Part shown: in pieces, positions 24,001-34,291 of the stretch | Numbering within the stretch: the first letter of the stretch is position 1 | Layout of the letters: the number at the start of each line of letters is the position of its first letter | NCBI GenBank assembly: GCA_977862235.1 | Contig: OZ374557.1 | Coordinates: 868,001 to 932,000 of the forward strand | Length of the DNA stretch: 64,000 bases | DNA from: Dudresnaya verticillata | Taxonomy: Eukaryota | Reading direction: 5' to 3' | The notes under the pieces: generated by a model | What the model was told of the DNA's origin: nothing | The model's database searches: none | The model's input: the letters and a program-made list of their open reading frames with translations, nothing else | Made by a program: the position numbers and the translations under genes

Positions 24001-25153
24001 AAGCGGGCGTGGATGGAGCAACACAGCAAAGGGCCATTTTGCGAAGCTCAACTTCCCACTTCAAGTGAGAACAGAAAATAGTGTCTCAGACACTAAAAAC
24101 AGTAGCTATCAATGCATTCTTTGCATGGCGCATGTTTGAGAGGCAAGATTTGCTTGAGTCTGCTGACACATTCAAGACTCTCGACAACTATCGAAACATG
24201 CTAAACAAAGTGCAAGCGACGGCCGATTTTATGTACGATGTCTCAAAGGAATTATTGTTGCATGCTGCGCCGCTTGCAATAAGGGATGGTCGACAAGAAG
24301 CTGCGGAGAGGGAGCCATTGCCGCTTCGCGAGGCAGAGAGGCTGAAAGAGATGGCAAAGGCACGCAAACGAAAGCGCTTGCATTTTTTCAATAGTGCAGA
24401 TGGCGTAAAGCTCCGTCAAGTGGTTTCGGGACATACGCCAAAGCAAGGACAGGTTTTGTACTGTGTGATGTGTGGGCAGAATGAGGGTCCCTGGAGGGGG
24501 CATCGTTCCACCTATGGATGCCCGGTGTGCAGCGTGCAGCTCTGTATTCGGACGTATCCTGGCTTGCGCAAGAGCTGTTGGAGTCTTTGGCACAGTAACA
24601 CGGTTTTAAAGCACAGACAAACGCCACGAATCACGGGAAATTCTCCAGTTGCTGACGATAACGAAGACGGGAGAATTGCGGGGGCTGGCGACAAGGTGGT
24701 CAGCACTCCCGCAAGTACACCAGCACGAAGTCCGGAAACCCCGCGAAGAGCCTCTAAGCGGCTTTTATCGAGAAGCACTCCAGCGACTCCGCAGGATCAA
24801 GTAGGTCCTACCCAGCAACCTCAACGAAAGCAGAGTAGAAGGTAAATGCGTGTCTATCGTGAAGTTGCGTTGCACTTGTCATGTTTGGCGTCCCTGGTTT
24901 AGTCACTGTATCGATCCCTATACTGATCAAAAGCCCTTTTTTACACATTCCAAAACGTGCCCAGTGATCCAAGTTCCTCGGCTTGTTGTGCGACTCCTAT
25001 TGCATCTCTGCTGGTGAAATTCTGTAAGGAGGGCGGGACAAACATGGTCTGTGCCATTGTGTGATCAGAATTGGTAAGTCTCCTGATGCGCCGAACTAGG
25101 GCGTTCTCCAGTAAACGGATCACTATACCGATCGATAAATAATGGCATTAGGG
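21081..25153 (+). mobile_element. piggyBac-like DNA transposon (4073 bp) encoding a transposase-YqaJ exonuclease fusion
   Basis: TIRs CCCTAATGCC-spacer-TTATCGATCGGTATAGTGATC at 21081-21112 and 25118-25153; ATAT on both flanks (21077-21080, 25154-25157). Confidence 0.9.
21458..24845 (+). pseudogene. piggyBac-type DDD transposase with inserted YqaJ/lambda-exonuclease domain and C-terminal Cys-rich finger (~1130 codons; 2 stops, 1 frameshift)
   Basis: TLDDDL (22250), IITAARGYG (22487), YSTTKAGVDGATQ..K*EQK..VAINAFFAW (24012), CVMC..STYGCPVCSVQLC..CWSLWH; YqaJ-like motifs QRCADWFVLRQFRITGT, AMMCGTANE, GLL..YLACSPDG, VEIK, QIMHQ. Confidence 0.85.
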
Positions 25154-26306
25154 ATATGATAATCCTGTAGTCCGGGTTTTCCGGGAAACCGAAACACCCA
25201 ACGGCGCCACTTGGCATTACACGAAATTACACAAGCGTTACGCGTCACGGCGCGGCGTAGTATACTCACACCCCAGACACCGACGCATCCGTGAGTATAG
25301 AATGTGCCCATTGGGCGAGGCTTTACACAATTGCAGCGTTAAGTATATGCGCCATGGCCCCCCGTGACCCTTTAAATCCGTGAGTATACTCACGAGGCTT
25401 TGGCTGAGTACAGTATATGTTGACTGACACCAGTGGCACCCAGGGTACTGTACCACGGTCCTCAGCTGAATAACATAGCACTAGGCGGGCGAAGCAGTTG
25501 ATGCGATTTCCGAGGGGTGCAATGGTCCTGCCGCAGAAGCATGGTCGTCCCTGCGATGGTTTCTGTAACTCGGCGGTTAATTGCCTTCCGGTAATATTAC
25601 ACATCATTCATAAAAATATGTGTATTTTTCAGAAATAGATTACATTTTGCGCTCGTCAGTGCTCCTCTCGTGTTGAGACATTCTCAACGGGGTCGGGCGA
25701 TCTCCTTGGAAATGACTCACCCTTTTAGCGGGAACTCATTCCCACCCAAACCTGTTGCGCGACAAACGCAAATGCGACCTTCTCAGCTGTTTGCGCGCGC
25801 TTTCGCTGCCGTACGCGGTCGGCATCATTACAAGAAGGTCACTCAAAGCTGCGACTTCAGCTCCACTCAGCCCCCACACCAGCCAGACTCACGAACAGTA
25901 CAGACCCTCCAGCATGCCGCCGAAGACGTCCACCACAGCCCCTATGCAAGGCCAGAACCCCTCCCTCGATGCCGCTGCTGCTCTGAGGACCTTAGGCGAA
26001 GAAGTCGCACACTCGCCGTGAAGAGGAACTACAGCGCTACGATCAGGCCCCGTCCCTTTCAGAGAGCGATGAAGAAGCGGATGGAGAATGCCCAGTTGTC
26101 ACTCGTTTTAAGGAAGAGGATGGCAATCGCGCCATTATGAGCATGACAAACTTCTCTTATAACGAGTTTTCGGCCGCTTGGAATCACTTTGCAGATCGCA
26201 TCAAGAAACATTACAACACCGGACGTAGCAGTAAGTCACCGATCAAGGAAAAGGATCTCTTCTTTATGACCTTAGCAGTTCTCAAGCACGGAACTAAGTG
26301 GGAATT

Positions 26307-26995
26307 TGTGGTGAAGCGACCGTTTCGAAGTGCGGACGACGGTTGAGCCGACTCGCGCCCGGCGCACGGGTGAGTGTGCCACAGTGAGCTGGCACCAAAA
26401 GCCGAAGCGGAGTGCAGCGACACAGTAGCACTGTATGCCCTGCTGGAGTCGGCGGGCACCACCAATAGGAGCCAAGTAGTTGATTTATTTGTAATTAAGT
26501 AATTATAATCATGCTGTACAGTACGTAGTGTCAGCCGGCCAATGAGAATGCCGAGCATGTCCGCAACGGTGACCGGGACCAGTAGGGCCGGACCCACCTG
26601 GTGGACCAGACCCATTGGGGTCTGGCCCACACGGACCGGACCGCGTGGCGTATCTCCCAGTATATTAATGGGTGGCCTCCGCGAGTCCTACAGTAAACGG
26701 GTACGCAACCCTGGGCGAAGTGACTTACCCTAAGCCTTGCCCTCATACTCCTTTACGGGTTCCCCTCGCCAGCCCCGTGCACGGATTCCTCTTACCTCCG
26801 TCCCGGTGTAGCTGCCCTGGCACTGTACCGTCCCCCTTGTCTGTTGCGTCCCTTTACTCCTTACAGGTGTTGCCGCTCGAGGTACTCCCTTCGGTCTACG
26901 AACTAAGCTCTACCACCCCGGTGCCGTGTGAGACCACTCCTTATTGGGATTGCCTGATCAGCTCTCCTTACAGGTGTGCCTTTCACTTCACTACA
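26307..26995 (+). mobile_element. Solo LTR (689 bp)
   Basis: TGTGGTGAAG..CTTCACTACA; GAATT/GACTT TSD (4/5); removal restores transposase K-W-D-L-M; related to LTR 33063-33747. Confidence 0.85.
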
Positions 26996-27102
26996 GACTT
27001 GATGGCTCACCTCTTCAAGATTAAATCTCCTACATTCGAGAAAAGGGTTACAAATATGATTGCAATCCTCTCCGATTACGCATACAACAAGTTCGTGTCT
27101 AT

Positions 27103-27886
27103 TGTGGCGCAAATCGCCTTCACGCTCTGCTGAAGAATTCTTCATAATGCCGCCAAACGTGGCTCACGCGACTGTGGACGACGGACGCAGAGCGGCCGGT
27201 TCCTGCGGATCAACCGCTGCGCGGATGATTGAGCTCAGAGCCAATTTCTATAATAAGCTCTGGCACCACGCGCACACGCCAGCAATGATACTGGGGAAAT
27301 GCCTCTGTAAGGCGCCCGGCCTGACAGTGCCCGGCGCGCTCTGCCAGCGAGGATGGTGTATGGCCCCGCAAGACGACAACGCGTACACGTGCACACGTGC
27401 GCCCCCTTGGCGCACCCTGTCAAGCCGCACTACCAATAGGCTGACAGTTGATATTTTAGTAGATAATTATAGCTTTGCGCGCGCCACATAATGCCGAGTG
27501 GCGCGTCCCCCTTCCACTACCTGAATCCGTCACCAGGGCGCACCCGCCTCCTACATAGTATATTAGGGACCTGAGGTGCGCCCCCATACAGTAAACGGCT
27601 AAGCTTGGACCCAGCGAGACGTACCCTCCTACCCTATCGACTGCCTCTCAAGGCTGGACTCCAGTACATCCGCTACCCTTCTTCATCGTACAGAATCCTG
27701 TTTTTCTCTTATTTTTTATTTTTTTCTCTTTCTTTCTAGGGTAACCCCCTTTCTCGGTCTTGTAGTGTTTTACAGTCGCACTACGGGGCTACTCCCCTGC
27801 TCTACCGCTACTACCTCACCTGATACCGCCAGGCCCCCGAACCGCCTGAGGTGCATCCTCGATTCTACCGAGTGGATTGCACCACA
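27103..27886 (+). mobile_element. Solo LTR (784 bp)
   Basis: TGTGGCGCAA..TTGCACCACA; TCTAT/GCTAT TSD (4/5); interrupts the transposase. Confidence 0.85.
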
Positions 27887-30244
27887 GCTATGAGGAGAGA
27901 TATACGATGCAGAAGCTTATTGACTCTAAGAAAACTTTCCGAACGTACGCTATCTGTCGCTACGCTTGCGATGTGACGTTCCAACAAATGTTTCGTCCTG
28001 GCGGGTCCCTGAAGGAGGCAAAAAAGATGTTTTCCGGCAAACATAAACTGTACGGATTCAAGGTAGAAGTGCGTGTGCTTCCGAACGGTTTTGCAGTTGG
28101 AGTAACCAAGCACTACCCCGGGTCCATTGCTTATATCTAGATTATGCGGCGTCGCATTGGGTTTCACCTCAATGCTCTGGAAAAGCGTGGCGCGGAATGT
28201 GCAGTCGTGGATGTTGGAAATGGAGCCAGCGCGCATGAGGGCAGTTCGGCAGCACTGTTGGACAAGGGGTACACTGGTATTGAGGATGAAGTTTGTGCCG
28301 TTGTGCCGAAGAAAAAGCCACAGAGGGGAATGTTATCTTTGGCTGATAGGAGGGACAACGAAGCTAAAGCTTCAGATCGGGTGATAGTGGAAAACGTTTT
28401 TGGGCGGCAGGGAACGCTATGGGCGGTTGTCAGTTCAAAGTTTTGCTGGGCTAAACAGCTGTATGATCCTATTTTTCGTCTAACAGTTGCGTTGACGAAC
28501 ATACATTTGCGCTGGCACCCCGTCCGCGATGCAGACGGGAAAGCTTACGAGCGTTATGAAAAAAGGCTGGTGGCAATTGCCGAAACCGGTATCAATAATC
28601 GCAAGCAGGCTCAAGCGTCTTATCGTAGGCGTAGGCGTCGCGCGATGGAGCGAACTGTTCGCGGCCGTGTGGAGGAGGAGGGGGCCGGGGCCTTGCTCAA
28701 CGATGATGATTACGACGGCAGCGAGTAAACGTACTGTAGCAGGTCGGGGAGGGGCGGTACTTTGCGAATAGCTACTTGATGATTAAATGCGTTGTTTTTG
28801 TGGCGTTTATTTATGGCTACGCAGTAACCGAGACGTCGGCCATAGAGATCAAGTACAGTAGCGAAAGACCGTCTAAACTTACAGACACTCACTCTCCTCC
28901 AAAAAGCCGTTAACTGCTTGGCAGACCTACTAAATAAGTTTGGTAATTCATCGAAAGCTGTTTTGCGGTTCTATTGGCTGATGCCGCCAATAAGGATGTT
29001 GCGGGATCTCTGTCGTGCGGGAGGAGATGTTGCGGGCATCTCATCCTACAGTAAGTTGCCCGGGCAACGTCCAGGCAACTTAGAGAATGCGACCCGAGAG
29101 ACTCCCCTATTCAGGGCTGGTGGGGCGTTTTGAATAGGGACGAGCTGGCATTCGTCCGGCGGTGGCCGGACGGGACAAGGAAATGTCTGGAACAAGCAAG
29201 GTCGACGTGGGAGGCGAGAGTGGGGCGAGTTGAGAGTACAGGAAATCGCTTTGGGAGCAAGTCAGCGCCAAACGAATGTCTTCTAGGGCCTTCGAGTAGC
29301 TAACGTTACAGACGTAGAAAGTAAGGTTACACTAGTGCACTAAACATGAAGTTTCCTGTTGTTATTTCTCCTTAACTAGCATGATGGACGCGGCGCGAGG
29401 CACTTAGCTCGGCGCCCTTGGCCGGGTTCCCCTAGCAGCAGCTCACAAGGATGGCTCCCGTGCATAATGTGGCACAGACGCACCGAGCAAGCCGGCGGAA
29501 GTGTATTATTCTAATAGCGATGGAGTCGTGTGGAACGAACAGCAGTCCGCACTCATGCGCAAAAGTGCCGGTACACGCTATTTAGGTGCATGGGGGCAAA
29601 GTTGCCCGCTGGTCAAAATCTGCACTGGAGGTACTAAAATGGGGGGCAGAAAATAAGTTCCCTGAGCCGAAAGATGGAAGCACCCTAACGTTGGTCGCAT
29701 ACCCTGTGAGATAGTGTGGATAGCATTTCGCTCCATCTCCAGCAGGAAGCAGGACATGCACATCCACACTCGAATCTCCCTTAATATATGCAATTATCTT
29801 AGGCGCAGCAGTAATCGGGGATGTTGTTACCCACGGGCCATTGCAATAAGATGCATGAGTAACGCGAGTGGCTGAAACAGAGGCTGTATGTGGCCTATTC
29901 TGGCTCAAGTTTTGTTCTCGCTGTTTGATCAACTTCTGTTCCTCGGGACAGCTTCCTCATCAGAACCCGATGCACTTGCCCTCGAGAGCACACCTAATCG
30001 ATATGCACATGGGATGATGGCCGCAAGGGTCGGCAAACGCGAAAGGGAAGACGCACTGTCGCTATTCCGTTGATTCGCCGTTGCTATCACTCACATCCGA
30101 ATGTTTTCGCAAGTCCAGGTGGCTTCCTGTAGAGACATAGACGAATGGAATCTGAGACCCTTCTGAGAGGGCAATCTTCTCAAACAAGCCCGCATTATCG
30201 CGCTCAGCTGGCTTTTCTCTAGCGCGACTCCTCTTTGACGTGAT

Positions 30245-31201
30245 ATGGACAAATCCTGCAAACTATTTTTTCTCAGCGAGGCGAATAGCAACACGGCCAT
30301 TGATGACATCCTCGACTGTTCGGAGCAGGACGAGGACTCCAGCTGGAATTTCAGACACGACTGTGCCAGCGACCTCCTCACAGTCGAACATTCCCATCCG
30401 TTCGTTAACATGGGTGACGTTGACAGCAGAAAAAAGACTACATATCAGACGCTCGGAACCTCACCTTACTTGAATGACGCTGATGTGAAAGAAGAGAGCG
30501 TAGAAGCAAGGAGTTCTTGTGCGCGTAGTTTCACTTTGGACAACCATGAAAATTTCGAAACTTCCCTGACAGCAGACCTTGTTGTCCGACAATTATCCGA
30601 AGGGCAGGACTGCACAAGGAGCAATTCTGAAGATCAAACTGCCCTGTCGAATTCTTCAGACATGGAAGGTCCGTTCGAAGACGGAACTGACTATTCACCT
30701 GAGAATGATGCTCCTATACCTTGCTGGCATGGTTCACTAGAACAGAAAATGCGGGGCTTCCAATATGATTTGAACTATAGCTCCGACGAGATGGGCAAGG
30801 TCGAGGACGGGAGCGGCTATGTTCGCAAGAAAGTACAGAAACCCCCGACTACGGCCGGAATCGGACTGGAGGACTTGAAGGCCGTCTTTCATTTAGAGCG
30901 GCCAAAGGCAGAAAAGCACTTACGGCTGAAACGGACAACGTTCTCAAACCTCAGCAGACACTTCGGCATCTCAAAATGGCCGTTCCGAACTATTCGGGAC
31001 GCCATGAATCGGATGAAGGCGAATCAAAAGCTGTTGTCAGGTCCCAATCTATCAAGGGAAAGGCAGCGAAAGCTTGTCGAACAGCAACGGCTACTAACGG
31101 GGGTCATCAAGCTTATCTATTCGAACCCGAGGGAGAGTCGAGACTCTAATACACTCGCCGTACTATTGCGAATGGTGGCTTCGAGAGGGGTTCAAAACTG
31201 A
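30245..31201 (+). CDS. RWP-RK domain transcription factor (host gene; true start uncertain)
   Basis: Intact 318-aa ORF; IGLEDLKAVFHLERPKAEKHLRLKRTTFSNLSRHFGISKWPFRTI fits the RWP-RK pattern; acidic Ser-rich N-terminus. Confidence 0.85.
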   Translation: MDKSCKLFFLSEANSNTAIDDILDCSEQDEDSSWNFRHDCASDLLTVEHSHPFVNMGDVDSRKKTTYQTLGTSPYLNDADVKEESVEARSSCARSFTLDNHENFETSLTADLVVRQLSEGQDCTRSNSEDQTALSNSSDMEGPFEDGTDYSPENDAPIPCWHGSLEQKMRGFQYDLNYSSDEMGKVEDGSGYVRKKVQKPPTTAGIGLEDLKAVFHLERPKAEKHLRLKRTTFSNLSRHFGISKWPFRTIRDAMNRMKANQKLLSGPNLSRERQRKLVEQQRLLTGVIKLIYSNPRESRDSNTLAVLLRMVASRGVQN

Positions 31202-31595
31202 TCTGCAAGACAGGACTGTTAGGATAAGCACCGAAGCGCAACCCGTATTCTCCTGTTGGCACCAAAAACCTGAACTATTCCGCAATAGCTCCTGTAGCCT
31301 GCCCCGCGCCCGGCACACGAGGTTACGTGGCCCGCTCCTCTGTCGGCTCCACATGTTGCCCCGCGGCCCGTTCGCCTGCGCTGTTCTGCCCCACCTGCCG
31401 CCCTGCCCCACTGCCGCGCCGGCCCCACCCGAACGGCCCCACCTGAACTGTGCCCCGCGCTTGCCCCTCGCTCCACTCACATGAAAGTTAACTCATTGTG
31501 TGGTTGGCTGCTCAATTCTCTATTGTTTTCTAATAAATTTATGAAACGATTCCTACTGTTCTTGGGACCATGCGCAGTGCGGTTGATACCGAAAT

Positions 31596-31889
31596 GGTAT
31601 GTGATGTTGTATTTTATTGAATATTTAACGTGCGCAGTTGCGCGGGCGACTAAGGCCCATTTGCAGGCACACGCCCTACCAACCAGATATCTACTGTATG
31701 TGGTAGACTAGACGGGCTTACACCCGTAATCTAGAGGCAGTCCAGCCGGCTCCATGAGAAGAATGGGCAAACAGCCCCGGTGGGGAAAAATCCTTGAGAG
31801 AAATGTAGAACCATGGGACCTGGCGGGAGTCGAACTCGGTTTCCCGGAATCGACGGCGCAGCAGTGAACCACTGCACCACCCGTCCGCC
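31596..31889 (-). mobile_element. Putative tRNA-derived SINE
   Basis: A box TGGTGCAGTGG (31879-31869), B box GAGTTCGACTC (31837-31827), ~200-bp body, AATAAAATACAACATCACATAC tail. Confidence 0.55.
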
Positions 31890-33062
31890 TCCGCGGGCGG
31901 ATGTGCCTGCCGGCAGTGGTGCAACCGGCGGTGGAAGGACCACATTTTGAGGACAGGGTACCTCAATAATAAAACCTAGCCTTTTACTAACGGAGGAGGG
32001 CGAGAAGGAAGGCGGTTAGTAGCCGGAGGTATCGAGGAAGCCCAGCGTAGCCAGGACGCGATGGGGAGCGAAGGAAGGTTAAAGGAGAACTTGTCTCGAG
32101 TTTGAGAAAAGCCGGGGTACGCGAAGAAAAAATAGTGACGTCTAGGTACGGTCGAGCGGCGTTTACAAGAACCCTTGAAAAATGAAACCCTATCATTACA
32201 GGAACCGAAACTGCAAGAGGGCGTAAGTCCGAACATGCTGTCATGGATGTGCTCTTGCTTTCGTTTGTAAATTGAACCCTTTACTGTACGTGAATCGTGT
32301 CGTGATTGCCGTGTAACGTCCTTTGTACCGCACTGTCGCGATACGTGTACAATAACGAGTGGTAGTCAACAGCGGTCGGGAGAGAGGGTAGACGAAAATA
32401 GAGCTTTACTGACGAAGGGGCCCAGGCATACGACCTAGCGCTGAGTGCACAACGGACAATGTCCTACGTTTTGCTATTATTCGCCCTCTGTACATCTGCA
32501 GGGAGTAGCTGGGCGAGCTCACACAGCCGTTATCAATCTCGCGCCGTCGTCGCGCCGGTCTCATTGTACCCCGTGGCCAGCGCATTTCAAAATATAATAT
32601 CGGGCCCTGGCTCAATGACACTACCTCCATTTGAAACGCACACGCACGGCAGCGAGAATCTCGGCGGCGGACGGTGGCGCATTCGAGCTCACCATCTATG
32701 CGCTGATTGGGCATCCGCCGGAGTGATTTCTTGTATGCGGCCCACGGACTCCGCATCATTAGAGCCTCCCTGGGGTGCTTCCGGGGCGACTACGTGCTCT
32801 ACGCACACACAAAAAGGCTTCCGGCTTCACCTTGCGTCCGCACCATCCCTCCTTCCCCGGTCCCTCAAGTCCCCGAGTTCCACACAACTCGCATGGATTC
32901 CAGCTCACTCTGCGCCCACAAAGTAGGATTGCGGTCTAAAGTACGAAGATGGTGCCGCACTCCACTGCTTGGCTTCTTGGGACCGGCTCACCTCAGCTGG
33001 AATTGTGCAGGAATGGCACATATGCAGCATATGTCGGCGGGGCTACCAGGCAGACCATCGGC

Positions 33063-33747
33063 TGTTGCATAGCGAGTTTCGCGGATGGTGACGGTGCGGA
33101 ACGGGTATAGTGTGGCCCGCTGTGGTCACTTGCTTTTCTGATCTGGCAACGTGTATCCGTGTCGGTTTGGCGTGTATTGCTGTGCGCCGGTGTGCATTGC
33201 TGTACAGGGATGGGGCACACCAACCGTAGCGGAACATTTGTAGTATTTATTCTTTATGTTTTGTGAGCCTGTGTACCGTGTGTAGAGTAGCGCGCCAGGC
33301 AATGAGAATGTTACGCATCTCCGTGTCGGAGATTGGGGCCAGCAGGGTCGATTCCACTATGGGTCCAGACCACTAGGGTCTGGCCCGCACTGACCGGACC
33401 GCTCGGTGCCACCCTGACTTATATATCAGGGCGGCACCGCAGCGGATCTTAAGGTAAACGGGCAAGCAACCCTTGAGCCTCAATCCCACTGTAGCTCTTT
33501 CTTTTACGGTTTTCCCCGCGCCGAGCCCGTTGCGGTCTACCCCACCACCGTTATGGAGTCCGTCCCGGCACTTGTACCACCCCCTTGTCTGTTGCTTCCC
33601 AATATCCGTTTCGGTTAGCCGCTCGCTGTTCTCCCTGTCGGTGCGAACTGCTCTACCACCCCGTGGAGGTAGTGTCGCTCTCGTCCCATGAACGAACGTA
33701 AGGCCAGCTGTCCGTTACGGAAGTGCGTGAGTTTTCACTATATCACA
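33063..33747 (+). repeat. 5' LTR of host Gypsy element
   Basis: TGTTGCATAG..CTATATCACA; followed by TGGTCTCACGACCTAGA; similar to solo LTR 26307-26995. Left end approximate. Confidence 0.7.
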
Positions 33748-34124
33748 TCTTTTGGTCTCACGACCTAGAACACCGTCACGGTTGAAAGAAACAGCCGTCG
33801 AAATCCGCTCCGGTAGGAATTCGGCTGTACCGACAACCCGTTACGGAATATTGGATAGACAAGCAAGCAAGAACAACCGCTGTGTTCCCTTAAGGTATCT
33901 TGCAGAAAGAAGAACACAAAGACACTCCCGTTACGGAACCAAAAGCGGGTGACACTACCCCCGCTGTGGCAGTCTGTAAAGTGTAGGAGGTGAAATCCGT
34001 TCCGGAGTGGAGAACCCAGAAGACATCCTTAAGGGTGCTGCTGTTAAAGCTCCCCGTTCCCGTGTCGGATCAGACGCCTTAAAGAAGGCAGCTTGTTACA
34101 CCTGAGCATCATTTCCGATGTTCC

Positions 34125-34291
34125 ATTCAGGTTGGGACCCGCTGCGCGGCAACGGCTGCGCTGTTGAACTCCTGAATTGATCCTTACCATTTACGACGTG
34201 CTATTCAGGTCAGGACCCGCTGCGCGGCAACGGCTGCGCCGTTGAGCTCCTGACCCGAGTTCCGCTGCGCGGACAATGGCTGCGCCATCGA
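34125..34291 (+). repeat. Three ~30-50-bp direct repeats in the 5' leader
   Basis: Core CCGCTGCGCGGCAACGGCTGCGC at ~34139, ~34217 and ~34262 (third copy diverged). Confidence 0.85.

Larger units (their letters stand above)
25914..28728 (+). pseudogene. IS5-like (PIF/Harbinger/ISL2EU, DDE_Tnp_4-type) transposase split by two solo LTRs
   Basis: MTNFSYNEF, DLFFMTLAVLKHGTKW|DLMAHLFKIKSPTF, YACDVTFQQ, FSGKHKLYGFKVEV, LLDKGYTG, SDRVIVENVFGR; stop at 28138-28140. Confidence 0.85.

Noticed and set aside
22037..24068. Programmed TGA readthrough or alternative genetic code
   Set aside because: Stops are single transitions from CGA/TGG, accompany a frameshift, and TAA/TAG/TGA lesions occur throughout neighbouring elements; ordinary decay is simpler.
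21081..28728. YqaJ ORF plus neighbouring DDE_Tnp_4 transposase as one ISL2EU element
   Set aside because: The YqaJ domain is in frame with the piggyBac-type D3 motif and is enclosed by its own TIRs and ATAT duplication, which end at 25157, before the second transposase.
25660..29105. TIRs for the IS5/ISL2EU-like transposase
   Set aside because: Only a weak, gapped match (ctctcg..cattctc); no convincing TIR or TSD.
31816..31886. Functional tRNA gene
   Set aside because: A and B boxes are present, but the acceptor and anticodon stems do not pair properly; it fits a SINE head better.
32406..33072. Short ORFs between the SINE candidate and the LTR
   Set aside because: No recognisable motifs; overlapping frames on both strands.
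34125..34291. CRISPR array or hammerhead ribozyme
   Set aside because: Only three diverged units with irregular spacing, no cas genes, eukaryotic context, and no CUGAnGA..GAAA core.
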